NCBI RefSeq assembly: GCF_035084215.1
Contig: NC_090370.1
Coordinates: 7,564,001 to 7,628,000 of the forward strand
DNA: 64,000 nt
Direction: 5' to 3'
Origin: Heptranchias perlo
Lineage: Eukaryota
Shown: piece after piece, positions 1 through 12,376 of the stretch
How positions within the stretch are numbered: position 1 is the stretch's first letter
Layout of the letters: each line of letters opens with the position of its first letter
Notes under the pieces: model-generated
Told to the model about the DNA's origin: nothing
Databases searched by the model: none
Seen by the model: only the letters and a program-made list of their open reading frames with translations
Program-made: the position numbers and the translations under genes

Positions 1-202
1 CAGGTAGCAGCAACAGGCCATTCTTCATTAAGAGCCGAGGCAGCGAGTGCCAGTGAGCACTTTCACCACAGAGCCCATTAAAATTGAGCCCAATTCTGTT
101 ACCAACCAACAAGCACACTCAAGCAATCAGTGGGGGAGTCATTGGATAGCAATCAGGAGTGGAAACCACTCCCCTCCACCCAGGTCACTGAGGCTAATAT
201 TG

Positions 203-320
203 GCCGTTCCCTCATCGTCGCTGGGTCAAAATCCAGGAACTCCCTTCCTAACATCACTGTGGGAGAACCTTCACCACACGGACTGCAGCGGTTCAAGAAG
301 GCGGCTCACCACCACCTTGT
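203..320 (+). mobile_element. 3' ORF2 fragment of a CR1/L2-superclade LINE
   Basis: Translates as RSLIVAGSKSRNSLPNITVGEPSPHGLQRFKKAAHHHL, matching the (W)NSLP...FK C-terminal motif of CR1/L2-type ORF2. Confidence 0.6.
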
Positions 321-1844
321 GGTGTATTTACCCACTACCCATCCATTTTTAACGTGTATGAAAAGTGCGGGACCTATTTTAGTGGGAGGATTGATGCGCA
401 TTTCATGATTTGCTTGCTCCTCAGCTGGTTCGAAACCCAACCAATCGAGGGTGGCACGATTACACAGTACATCGGTGTACCCACCCACACCATCATGGAG
501 TGTTGGGCAGATGAGGCATCGTGCCCACAGTCTCCCACAGAACTGAGTTCCTGGCAGTTGGGTCAGAGCGAAATTAGCAGTAGGCCATCCATCTGCCCTC
601 TTTGGTTGCCAGAGATTGTGCATTCAAAGACCAGGATAAAGATGGGGAGGGAAGGGAGGGGAGGGGGAAATTACTTACAAAAACAGTGTGTGGTGCCCTC
701 GCAAAGAGAAAACACACCGATCATAACGGCGCACCTCCCTCCTTTCACTGGCCAATGCGCTAAAGTTTTGGAGGTACTGATGGCTTATTCTGTGGGAATG
801 GGAATAACTGCTGCGTAAAGTTCACCGTTAATCACGAGCTTTGCAATATTTTCACCCATCCGCCATTACATCACTCATTTTGATCTCTTTTCCGTCAGGC
901 ATTGCTACTTGCCGCCATGTTGTAGACATGTTGACATAAGGTAGCGAATGACATGCAAATAAAACTCTTCCAATACTGTTCCACCAGTCACGTGATGTGA
1001 CATTGTGTATTTGCTTCCATCACAAACACTTGTAATATTCACTAATTGACATAATTCTAAAGTGATCACAGAATCATAGAATGATACAGTACAGAATGAG
1101 GCCATTCACATCGTGCCTGTGCTGGCATCTGAGGAACTTAAAACCTTCAGTGATAAAGGACCTCCTTATACATATTTTAAAAAGTTGGAGGGAGCCTAAG
1201 CAGTGAGATTGTCACAAGATTCCAAAAGCATGTTAAAAAAAAACACTTCAACTTCACTCATGGAACTTATTAGATCATTTCAGGCCCACGTCTGGGTTAC
1301 TGCCCACCTACCCACTTCCTACCTGTCCATTACTCCAGGTTTATGTGACACAGGACAGTTGTTTAACATACACCATCATTAGCAACCGCACATTAGGTCA
1401 TCTTGTTTTGTTTAAATCTGTGGTCGAGATTACTGCATCAGAAATGATCTAAATGGGTGGACACAAACTGAGGGGTGTCATGGCAACGCAGGCCTGAATG
1501 TGCTATCACCTGGAATCTTTTTGCAACAGCGTCATTCTCATTTGTTTAGGCTTGCATGATGAAAAGGTTATGAAAAACCACAAAAGAGGAGGCTCCTGGG
1601 AGCCGAACTGACCCAGAGTGGAGAATCCGTCTAAAATATCTTTTTTTTTTGACTCAGTAAAAGTTGCAGTTCCAAGTCACCTTGTGGAACAGTAAAAGAG
1701 AACGCAGCCGGAGAGCATCATTTTGACTGTCTTTAGTAGAATAATTTAAAAGAGAGTCCCTGAAAGATCTGTGTAGGGCATAAAGGAGTGGAAAAGGCTC
1801 ATTCCTGTTCTTCACAGGTATGCTTTACAGCATGTTGACACATC

Positions 1845-2092
1845 ACATAGGATTACATAGAATGTACAGCACAGAAACAGGCCATTCGGCCCAACAGGTC
1901 CATGCTGGTGTTTATGCTCCACACGAGCCTCCTCCCACTCCTCTTCATCTAGCCCTATCAGAATATCCTTCTATTCCTTTCTCCTTCATGTGTTTATCGA
2001 GCTTCCCCTTAAATGCATCTATGCTATTCACCTCAACTACTCCTCGTGGTAGCAAGTTCCACATTCTCGCCACTCTCTGGGTAAAGAAATTC
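1845..2092 (-). mobile_element. CR1 LINE 3' end fragment
   Basis: Reverse complement matches the 3' end of the CR1 copy at 19421-20090 (ttacccagagagtgg...gaggctcgtgtggagcataaacacc...gggccgaatggcctgtttctgtgctgta). Confidence 0.85.
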
Positions 2093-2129
2093 AATTCTCC
2101 GTCAATAATGGCATGTGACTATGTTTTGT

Positions 2130-2365
2130 TATGTGGCTCAACCCAGTTCCTAGTGGATGTGGGCCCACAGCAGAATAACTGCTCACATTGCATCACACGT
2201 TGGCAGTCTCACTCAGAGAGGTCATGAAGATGGCTGTTATGTAAGTTGAGAAAACACGGACTGACGCTCTCTCGAAGTTGCAGTTGAGGCACGTTGCTTG
2301 GGGCAGAGCAGAGGCAGAGGGAGCTTTATTCTGTACCTCCATTTGCTATACTTGATGCCGACACA
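2130..2365 (+). mobile_element. LF-SINE-like element, 5'-truncated
   Basis: Ordered blocks ccagttcctagtgga, gttggcagtctcactcagagagg and gttgaggcacgttg resemble the remembered LF-SINE core. The 3' part is similar to the copy at 34705-35037. Confidence 0.6.
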
Positions 2366-2556
2366 AAAGAGTAAATCCATCGATGCTGCGCTCCCAGTGG
2401 GGAGCCGCATTCAAAGGGAGTGCCGGTCAGAGAGTTGGCGCCAGCATTGCAGTCCTTCTAATGCAGCTTCCCGCTGGGAGTTCAGGATCAGTGAATTTAC
2501 CCTAAGGTGCTCACAATGGAAATAGCTTTCCATTCCTCAACACTGGGATCCCTCAC

Positions 2557-2730
2557 CCCATTGAGCATAGATGTTCACCAAAGTCCCTGAGAAAGTTAAA
2601 ACACTGCGTCGGAAACGATACTGCAGCGATTGTGTTGTTCCAGCTATCCAGTTTTCTGGCTGCGGAGACAAAGTGCCCAGAGGAACCTGTTCCTGACTGT
2701 TTGAGTGACCGAGCCTGACCAAATAACTTC
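2557..2730 (-). other. candidate internal coding exon of an unidentified host gene
   Basis: Acceptor tgctctttcag and donor G|gtgagg bound 174 bp (multiple of 3) of non-repetitive sequence, open in two frames. No recognised homology. Confidence 0.3.
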
Positions 2731-4440
2731 CTGAAAGAGCAACATTGCCTCTTTAAGATTATTAGCAGTATGCAGCCCCACCCATTGGCCCAACTCACCC
2801 TGTTCTTACAAGTAAATTTGAGGTTTGAATTGGAATGTCTTGGCAAAAGGTGATGTGCAATGTGCCACAGATCAGGTTAAGGAAATTAAGCCGCCCTGTG
2901 CTTAGCAAGTCCCCAACCCAACCTCTTTGCTTGTTGCAAGCCCTGCTATATCAAGGAAAAGAGCCCCCTTGACTGTGTCAAACCTCAATATCTAGTGCTA
3001 ATGCAATGCACTGAACTGTGTAAGATCCTCACTGCAGCTGCTTTGCAACTGCAAGCACCATGAAATGTAACCTGTCATATGTTGGAAGCCAAGAAAGCAT
3101 CTCAACTTTGCTGAATTCATTAAAAAAAAGCCTTAAAAAAGAAACTGCATTACAACAGTGACAACACTCAAAAAGTACTTCATTGGCTGTAAAGTGCTTT
3201 GGGACATCCTGAGGTCGTGAGATGCAAATCTGTCTTTTCTTCTGAGTAATTAAAGATTCATCCATGAATGTTCCATTAATATGCAGGTACATTTGTACTG
3301 CTTCTCAATCAAATGTAGCACACTTTAAATAGTAATAAAGTAAAGCAGATCCTTGTAAAATGCATCGGTGACAAGGTACAGTCCAAGGAAAACGTAAAAC
3401 AAGTTACGAGAATCACAAGACGTTTGTCTACAGTTTAGACTTAGGCAGAAAAGGCAGGAAGGGCCTACTGCTAGATGAACAACTTAGATATATCAATCCT
3501 CACATGATGGAATGGCTCAGTTACATGTAATCTTATCCAAAAAAAATCAACAATTCTGTCATCAAATGTATAAAAGTGATCAGCACCTTGAGACTGAGAT
3601 GAGGGGGAGAGATGACATTCCAGCTCAGAATAATCTCATTATACCCATGGGAGGAGAAAGATGCCCCTCCCTGCGCTACCAGAACCTTAATAAGAAGGAC
3701 ACACAAAAGCACGAAATGAGAAAAGGCCTTTCGGCCCATCAATTGTAGGACAACATTTCAGCCACTATGCCCTTCTTCTTTTGCACTTTCTGCCTCGCTA
3801 CCTCAGTCTGTCCCTTCCAAAGTATCTCTTCAATCATGTGTTTGGTTCCCACTCCCCTGTAACATTTACCAATCTCCTGTTCAACATCATCTCTCCCCTT
3901 GGAAAGAACGCCAAGACATTTTTATTTCCTGTGAGGATTGTTGTACAAATGCAAGGTGTTGTTGAGATTGAATGAAACCTCATTACCCTCAACACATTTC
4001 AGTACATCTGTTGGCTTGTTCAAGTATTTCATTGTTACTTTCCATTTCTTGTTGGTACCTTTAATTATAGCTTTCGAAAGCATCCTTTGAAGTGGATCGG
4101 TACAGATTCACTTGGGTGGTCTGGTATTGTATTGGTTAATAATCCTTTCCTCTTTCCTCAGCAGGTCTGAGCCATGGAAAACAGGTTCCGATCTGCCAGC
4201 TGCATGTACTATAAACTCACTGTTGGCAAGTTCCCAAACTAAGCTTCAGTTGACTTCAATGGCCTAGTAAATCAGCCCTAGCCCAAATCCTTGCTCCGCA
4301 TAGTCTCTCTGAGCTGCTCCATGCTAAAATAGCTGTTCCCCATATCTTGTGAGAGATTTTTAACAGAGAAATTGCTTATTTTTGTAACTTTTTATGTATT
4401 TGTTGTAGAAAATGCAAAGGGTCAAACACAAAGCTAAACA

Positions 4441-4845
4441 TTAGAACTGGAGTTGTTCTCCTTTGAACAGAGAAGGTTAAGGGGAGATTTAATTGAGGTG
4501 TTCAAAATCATGAAGTGTTTTGATAGAGTAAATAAGGAGAAACTGTTTCCACTGGCAGTAAGGTCGATAACCAGAGGACACAGATTTAAGGTCATTGGCA
4601 TAAGAACCAAAGGGGAGATGAGGAGATTTTATGATCTGGAATGCACTGCCTGAAAGGGTGGTGGAAGCAGATTCAATAGTAACTTTCAAAAGAGAATTGG
4701 ATAAATACTTGAAGGGGAAAAATTGCAGGGCTATGGAGAAAGAGCAGGGGGATTGGGACTAATTGGATAGCTCTTTCAAAGAGCCGGTACAGGCACAATG
4801 GGCCGAATGGCCTCCTTCTGTGCTGTAGCATTCTATGATTCTATG
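4441..4845 (+). mobile_element. CR1 LINE 3' fragment
   Basis: LFSFEQRRLRGDLIEVFKIMK...TRGHRFK motif, CR1 3' UTR hairpin gggccgaatggcc, and (attctatg) tail. Confidence 0.9.
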
Positions 4846-4904
4846 TAAAAGAAAGTAAGATTTGGGATATTTTCAGTGAGGCAGACCAACAGTAATATAA
4901 TAAA

Positions 4905-5095
4905 TAATATTTGCATTTTTATAGCATCTTACACGTTGAAATGTCTCAAAGCACTTCACGCAATGAATTACATAATGAAGTGCAGTGTCTGTTGTGTGCA
5001 GCCATTTTGCGTCAGCAACATCTCACACCTAGTCATGAAATAAATAAGCAGTCAGTCTGTTTTTAGGAGATATTGGTTGAGGGAATGATGGGGCT
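4905..5095 (-). mobile_element. degenerate Deu-type SINE 3' part
   Basis: Diverged reverse-complement match to 52600-52780. Confidence 0.5.
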
Positions 5096-5744
5096 TTCTT
5101 GGAAAAAAACCAAAATCAACCTGTTTGTGCACTTTGCTCATTAGTGGTCAAGATGCGAGACGTCACAAAACCAGAATGTTTCAGCCTGAGTGGAAGAGAA
5201 TCTGGCATCGGGCATCTCCTTTCCTCCCCCACCATTGCATGGCCGACTGTTGGACAATTTTGGAATTTGGAAATTCTGACCATTTTGTGTGCTTTTCCCA
5301 GCTCAAGATGCTAAATCCTTTAGGAGAAACGGGCCTTAAAATATGGGAAAATAAAACAGAAAACTAGTGTCGTGGCCCCCAGCTCCACGAGGTATTTGTC
5401 ATAGATCACACTTCCCAAAAGCGGATTGATTTAGATGATGCCACAAGGGGTTAACTCTGTGGTCTGATTCACTATGAGAAACTGGACACCTCCTGATCCT
5501 GCCAACCAGTTTCATATTAATCTGAGAAATTATTTGAGCTGAGGAAGGTGGTGCTAATTTTAGTCCAATTTTGCATTTTTGCCACTGATCATTCTTGTCC
5601 TCAGTTTTGTCTAAGGGCACGAACACACGCGGCCACTTCTCGGTGCTTTGCTGCTCTTTGCTCACGGCAAGACGACCAAAATGGTTCGTCTCATGTCACA
5701 AATGAAAGAAGGTAGCCCATTCTGCAACCAAAACGTACGCTGCT

Positions 5745-5888
5745 TCTCTAAGGGAATCAAGGTGATATGGGGATCGGGCGGGAAAGTGGAGTTGAGGTTG
5801 AAGATCATCCATGATCTGATTGAATGGCGGAGCAGGCTCGAGGGGCCGAATGGCCTGCTCCTGCTCCTATTTCCTATGTTCTTGATGT
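5745..5888 (+). mobile_element. CR1 3' UTR fragment
   Basis: Nearly identical to 28210-28340 (gatcgggcgggaaagtgga...aggctcgaggggccgaatggcc...ctcctatttc). Confidence 0.85.
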
Positions 5889-6224
5889 GGAGATGACCGT
5901 GAGGACTAATTCAGAACCTTGAAGGCGGCTTGCCCACCTTTAACAGCACAATTAACAGAAGGTCCATCTCGGATTCAGCAATGCCTCAAATGACAAGGTT
6001 GCCAACTGATACCTTCTGACAAGTTCCTTCAATACAGCGCAATGCAAAGTTCAAGAAAAGGAATGCGTTCTGAGGAACAATTCGCAATTGTTTTTTTCCA
6101 AAACTTAAAAGCACCGGAGTATGCAAGCAAATAGAAGGTTGAAGAAATCCAACTGAAGGTCTGCAGGTATCAGACCCTGCCGAACCTTTCAGAGGTAAGT
6201 AGCAGAGGTGTGACCTTTGACTCA

Positions 6225-6426
6225 TGTAAGGAATCTTACAACACCAGGTTATAGTCCAACAAATTTATTTTAAAATCACAAGCTTTCGGAGATTATCTCC
6301 TTCGTCTGACGAAGGAGATAATCTCCGAAAGCTTGTGATTTTAAAATAAATTTGTTGGACTATAACCTGGTGTTGTAAGATTCCTTACATTTGTCCACCC
6401 CAGTCCATCACCGGCATCTCCACATC
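6225..6426 (+). mobile_element. Penelope-like hairpin element (inverted pseudo-LTR) with hammerhead-core motif
   Basis: Perfect inverted repeat 6224-6390 (83-bp arms, centre 6307) plus a 36-bp tail. 12-bp TSD acctttgactca at 6213-6224 and 6427-6438. CTGACGA-A-GGAGAtaaTCTCC-GAAAGCTT starts at 6306. Confidence 0.9.
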
Positions 6427-6602
6427 ACCTTTGACTCAGACCTGGCACTCGCGCCACAGCTCAAGTAAGCTGCAGTATTTCACAGCTTTGGATATGTGTC
6501 ATTTTGAACAGTGAAAAGATGCTGAAATATGAGACAGGACAGGTACCTGAGAGGCCACACCTTCCATTAATGCTGTTGAAGCATCCAGGTGACAGAAAGC
6601 TA

Positions 6603-6628
6603 GTGTGTGTGTGTGTGTGTGTGTGTGT
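6603..6628. repeat. (GT)n microsatellite
   Basis: Uninterrupted GT run of about 13 units. Confidence 0.95.
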
Positions 6629-7384
6629 CAGTAGCAACACAAAAAGGGAACAGAAACGAACAGGTCAAGTTATGTTGCGAAAGTAAATCCAAAATCCCCT
6701 TCCAAGTGCATTAAAAATCGAAGGAAAATGTTCATTCTATTTTTTTTAAAAGACACTGTTCGTTTAAAAGATATTAAACAGATAAAAATGACCCTGAGAA
6801 ATTGGATCTGCAGAGCTCTGGCTGAAGGCAATCGCTCCCACACTGCGCACCACACCCAACAAAGAAGATTGGATTTCCCTGGGGGCATGTTGCACCTTTT
6901 GACAGTTTGAGTCTGCTAGGTTTCGTTGATACCATATATCATTATTCTTTAGGTACACTGCTTCCAAGCTTCTGTTTTCATTATGTTGGGAAAGAAGAAA
7001 CTTATAATAGCAGCTTCAACTAAAGATGTGGAAAGAGTCTTCTTTCTCTGCCAAAAATATCTTTCTTGAGGCAAAATACGCAGCCTTCCTGTTCAATGCT
7101 CTTTCATATTGTACCTGTCCTTTTTTAACTATCCTAAATGTATATTTTTCACATTCCTGACTGACTCCAAATACTGTTTATAAGATTTTAATTTTCAGCT
7201 GCACAATTCCCTTTCACTATTGTACCTCATCTTCCCCCCGTCCCCAGCCCCCTACTTATAAAAGCAAAAATACAGCATTAATACAGCTCAGCCTTAAGGG
7301 GGCATTGTCATCACTTTTCAGCTCGGCAGAATTCCTAGAACAGGTAGCAATAGTCCTTTGAAAAAATTCAGTTGAAGACCCGTT

Positions 7385-7677
7385 GGGGGTAATTTTGACT
7401 TTGGGCGATGGTATAAAACAGATTTCAGATCAGCTGCCCATTACACACCTCTCCCAGTCAGCTTTTGGTCACCTGTCCTAATATCTCCTTATGTGGCTCG
7501 GTGTCAAATTTTGTTTGATAATCGCTCCTGTGAAGCGCCTTGGGATGTTTTACTACGTTAAAGGCGCTATATAAATGCAAGTTGCTGTTGGAAATGAAAA
7601 TCGGGAGAGATGTATCACGGGCGGCTGAATCAATATCGCTCGTTTTACACTATCACCCAAAGTCAAAATTACCCCCC
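7385..7677. mobile_element. MITE with long TIRs (PIF/Harbinger-like termini), interrupted by an L2 tail
   Basis: gggggtaattttgactttggg at the left and cccaaagtcaaaattaccccc at the right; imperfect complementarity continues for about 70 bp. Confidence 0.75.
7459..7590 (+). mobile_element. L2 LINE 3' tail
   Basis: agcttttggtcacctgtcc...aaaggcgctatataaatgcaagttgctgttg, the same tail as the other L2 copies. Confidence 0.9.
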
Positions 7678-8496
7678 TCATCTTTGCTTTGCAATAGACA
7701 CTGAATCTGCTCAGACAGAACCTTTTGTGAAGTTTTCTTTAAGCTTATTTTTTAATCAATCAGTGTAGAAGCAAACAGTGCCGTCGCTGTGTCGTTGCAC
7801 ACAACCAGTGCTTATAGACATGATTTAAAGAAAGACTTGTATTTATATAGTATCTTATTGTGTCTCTCAGAGACATCTCAAAGCACTTCACAGTCAGTGA
7901 ATTACTTTAAAGTGCAGTGATTGTTGTTTTGTAGACTAAAATGGCAAGCTGCCACTTCCTGCCCGTTTCGGGCAGGCAGCTGATTGGGGGCATGTAGATG
8001 AGGATCAGGCACTAGAATTGCCCGGGCCTCACGCTTCTGAGGTCGGGGCGGGGGGGGGGGGGGGGTTTAGCACTCATCTCGACCTGCCCGATTCCCGCTC
8101 CAGGTTCAAATCGGGGCTGGGGTCTTTGATGTCAACCTGCACCACCAGAATTGGCAGACAGGGGCCTCAGTTGTGCTAAACCTTGGTCTAATCAATCATC
8201 GGCCCTTCTGTATTTTTCTAATTTTTAACAAAAATTTAAACTTTGTAGATACAGTAGCATTAAAATTACAGCCAATTTTAATAGCTGTTACTTTAAGTGT
8301 AGTGACTTGGGTTCAGTTCCCAGTTCATGCAGAGTTAGCTGATCCCAGTCTGAGTGGCAGTCAGGGCACACTGTTCACCCTGGTTTAAGAAGGGGAAAAT
8401 CAGCTGGTTTCTCATTGTTATCTAATGACCCCCCTGCTGGGGTTGGATGAGGAGCAGACGGGACCCAGTGCTGCAATCTGCTAACACTTACTATCT

Positions 8497-8962
8497 ACAA
8501 CAACAGCAACTTGCATTTATATAGCGCCTTTAACGTAGTAAAACATCCCAAGGCACTTCACAGGAGCGATTATCAAACAAAATTTGACACCGAGCCACAT
8601 AAGGAGATATTAGGTCAGGTGACCAAAAGCTTGGTCACAGAGGTAGGTTTTAAGGAGCGTCTTAAAGGAGGGGAGAGAGTTCGAGAGACGGAGAGGTTAG
8701 GGCCTCGGCAGCTGAAGGCACGGCCGCCAATGGTGGAGCACAAGAGGCCTGAATTGGAGGAGCGCAGAGATCTCGGAGGGTTGTAGGGCTGGAGGAGGTT
8801 ACAGAGATAGGGAGGGGGTGAGGCCATGGAGGGATTTGAAAACAAGGATGAGAATTTTAAAATTGAGGTGTTCCCGGACTGGGAGCCAATGTAGGTCAGC
8901 GAGCACAGGGGTGATGGGTGAACGGGACTTGGTGCCAGTTAGGATACGGGCAGCAGAGGTTT
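8497..8962 (-). mobile_element. L2 LINE 3' fragment
   Basis: ITPVLADLHWLPVREHLNFKILILVFKSLHGL motif and (caa)n tail. Confidence 0.9.
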
Positions 8963-9289
8963 GGGTCAACAATGAAACATACTCACTTAATTGAGGTGGT
9001 GGAAAGCTTCTGACATCTGTGGAACGGTACTCCAGCATGAGTGAGGAGATGGATAGAAATGAAAAAAGGAGGGGACACATCTTAATCCAGACAAGCCTAG
9101 CTTTGGATCTCTACGGTATCCCAGCAACCAAATCTGCCATCCCTAGATTAGCTTTGGACTGTGTCACTACGTGGCGCACAGTTTGATAGCAGAGCCGTAA
9201 AGGAAATGAAAAGGCAACATTATTTCACCTACTTTTTTGAATATTAGCAAAAGTCATGTGTCAGAGCCCTTGATAGGATTCATGAGGCA

Positions 9290-9906
9290 CGTGTAGAGTG
9301 TGGGTCCTAGGCGGCTGAAGGTACAGCTGTCAACAATGGGGCAAAAGGAGGAAGAGAAGGCCACAGGAGGCACAGTCAGAGGAACGGTGACTTCTGGGGG
9401 AGGGGGGGGAGGGGTTCAGAGATTTAAACATGAGGATGAGAATTTTAAATTTGAGGCATTGGGGGGGGCCAGGAGACAGTGTAATTTAACGAGTACAGGG
9501 GTGATGGGTGAGCACGACTTGGTGCGGGTTAGGATATAGGCAGCAGAGTTTTGTAATGAGCTGAAGTTTCCGGAGGGTGGATGATGGGAGGCCGGCCAGG
9601 AGAGGATTGGAATGGTTGAGTCTGGAGGTAACAAAGGCATAGCTGAGAGTTGCAGGGACAGATGGGCTGAGGCAGGGGCGGAAGTGGGCGACGTTACGGA
9701 GTTGGAAGCCGATGGTGTTTGTGATGGAGAGGATGTGGGGTCGTATAGGATGCCAAGGTTGAGAACAGTCTGGTTCAGCGTGAGACATCAGCCAGGGAGA
9801 GGGATAGAATCAGCGGTGAGGGAATGGAGTTTGTGACGGGGGCTGAAGATGATAGCTTCAGTCTTCCCAATTTTTAACTGGAAGAAAATGCAGCTCATCC
9901 AAGACT
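9290..9906 (-). mobile_element. older L2 LINE fragment (3' part), split by Harbinger copy A
   Basis: Degenerate AFVTSRL..SNPLLAGLP / LQNSAAYILTRTK / ITPVLVKLHCL motifs. Confidence 0.8.
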
Positions 9907-10140
9907 GGGGCCATGATTTTAACATGGCGGCAGGTAGTTAGCAGGTGGGAAGATGGATTTGGGTGTGGGGAACCCGGAGGCAAGGTGAGCAGGTTTAAAT
10001 CTGTGATTGTATCTCGGTTGCAGGCAATTACCTTTGCTTCCGGGTTTCGTGTCTCCAAGCTGCGCACCCGAATGACGTGATTTAAAGCGCACTATTTAAA
10101 GGGTTAGTCCAAGAATGGATTTTTGAAGGAGAAAGGAGAA

Positions 10141-11907
10141 ATGGAGTCCAGGAAAGTAAAGGCTGCCCCTTTAATGATACCTCTCTGGATGTACTGCTGG
10201 CTACAGTGAGAGCCAGGAGGGAGGTAATGTTTCCAATGGATGGCGGAAAGAAACCTGGCTCAGGAACCAAAAATGCTTGGCTGGAGGAGGCAGAAGTGCT
10301 GAGCAGCAGGAGCATGGTGCCCAGGTCTTGGGTTCAGTGCAAGAAGCGTTTTAATGACCTCACCAAGTCAGGAAAAGTGAGTACAGTTGCTGATTCACCC
10401 ACATCCTGCGTTGTTCAACACCGCTCCCTCCCTCCCCCATCACTCTGTGTTAGCATGCCTACCCTATCACGTAACTCCTCGCACCCACTTAGGTGTCAGC
10501 AGCAGCAACCGTCCTTCACTTTCTAGGCACTTCCTCAACTGCCCATTTATTCACCCACCATTGCCACTCACCTGATGCAATGTGATGCATCTGTCTGATA
10601 GTCACCCTCTGATTTATCTCTTTCACGGTCAGTCTCACCCAAAGCAATGCATCCATCGGGTGAATACGTCACCTTCAGTCACTCACAGGTCTGTTTTTTC
10701 TCCCTTTGTAGAAGAGAGCGCAAAACGCAAGGGAGAGGAGCAGAACTGGAGGTGGCCCACCACATGTAGTGGAGATGACAGATGTGGAAGAGGAGACCAT
10801 GGAAATAAATCGGACCGTTGCATGCCGATCCATCAGAGATGGAGAGACTGGCAGCCCGCAGATGGCTGGTGACAGAACTTTAACATCTTTCACACACATG
10901 ATGAATTAATTTTATCAATGATGTGACTATGCCAGACCTCAGTGTGGTCATTGGAAAGATTGTCACTTTTGCGATGAATCATTAATATCACTTTCTGTTG
11001 TCTTCCAGGGCCTTTACGCCTTCATGAGGCATCTGCAGAAATGGAAGAAATCGATTCCTCAGAGGATCTCATTCCTTCTGAGGGCGCATCGTTACAGGAC
11101 ATCCAGCCATGCACCAGCGCAGATACTGGCACTTCAGTGGGTCCTGTTGGACAGATAGTTGGGTTGTCACCTGGTGATTCACCACTCACAAGTGAGCACG
11201 AGCAGACACTGGTGGCAGGGGAAGCAGCGGAGAGTCTGTGTCGGTGGACGCACTCCTCTCCAACTTCTGCTCAGCTGGACAAAGATACAGAACCCCGGGG
11301 GCCATCGTAGAGAAGGAGAGTGATGGAGTTACAGCCGCACCTTTGCGAGGTACTGGAAAACGTTCCATGCACACTCTCCACAATAGCAGAGAGGATGGAG
11401 GAGTCCAACTCCATCACTAGTGGATTGGTGGCGCAGGTAAGTGCAGGAATGTCTGCGATGAAGAGAATGGCAGCCTCCATTGAGCTTCAAGCACGGCTCT
11501 CAAATGAGTCCATTCAGGCCATGGCAACGGCTGTGAAGACTCTGGATGCCAACAGACAGACAGATACAGCAGCGTGGTGGGAGTGATATCGCACTGGCCC
11601 GTGAGAGGGATGATGGCAAAAGGGGACATGGAAGTGGGGACTCCACTCAAAGTGCTCCCACGTCTCACCCATTACACCCCCCACCCCCCCTCAACCAGTA
11701 CCCACAATGCTGCTTCCTCTCCCGATCGCCGAGTCTGCCGCTGCACAGGTGCAGGTGGAGCAGTCTTTGGCGGGGCCCTCACGGACTCCAAAACCCAGAG
11801 GTCGTAGGCCGAGAGCATCTCAGCAGTTAGGGCAGATATCTGAGCAACCTGTGCTGAAGCCACAAGGGATGCACCACGTAGAAGCAGTAGAAATAGAAAG
11901 GCTAAGT
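10141..11907 (+). pseudogene. Harbinger Myb/SANT-like DNA-binding protein gene, 3 exons (10141-10376, 10712-10868, 11009-~11907), disrupted
   Basis: Exon 1 has AWLEEAEVL...RSWVQCKKRFNDL and exon 2 has KRAQNARERSRTGGGPP. GT-AG introns keep the frame. Frameshift near 10170 and stop at 11308-11310. Confidence 0.8.
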
Positions 11908-12234
11908 AATTCTAATTCACCAAGGGTGTGTACAAGGGAGTTTGACGAGCTGTCATGTTGTTAATTTATATATTTTTCTGTTATGGCATATTAAATTTAA
12001 TCATTATCACCACCACTGCCACGTCTTGGCCATTATTGAGCCCCTTTTGTGAATTCACCCTTTCATGTGCTTCATCATGAATGCCAAGTCATGATGCCAC
12101 CCACTGGGCACATGTGCAATAGGTTTATGCGTGGTTGAAGGACTGTTTTATTCAATAAGAGTGGGGTGGGTGAGGTTGGTGGTGGCGGTTTTTCCTGGTG
12201 GCCTGAGTATTTCAAAGACTTCAATTTGCACATC

Positions 12235-12376
12235 TCATTGTGAGAACCTTTTAGAGATGAGGACATCCTTAGCATCATGGGCAGCAATGTGCGCCACTGC
12301 TCTGGCAATGGGTTCCTCATCTTCATTTTCCTCCTCCTCAGATGTACTGTGGAATAGATCCATTGCGTCCACCATC
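12235..12376 (-). pseudogene. Harbinger transposase remnant (N-terminus fused to acidic C-terminal tail)
   Basis: MVDAMDLFHSTSEEEENEDEEPIARAVAHIAAHDAKDVLISKRFSQ matches the C-terminus of copy D (EQPMGRTAAHLAAHEARESLKGERFS). Confidence 0.7.

Noticed and set aside
6224-6390. microRNA precursor or DNA-transposon MITE
   Set aside because: The asymmetric tail, 12-bp TSD and identity with the 3' end of the GIY-YIG element point to a Penelope origin.
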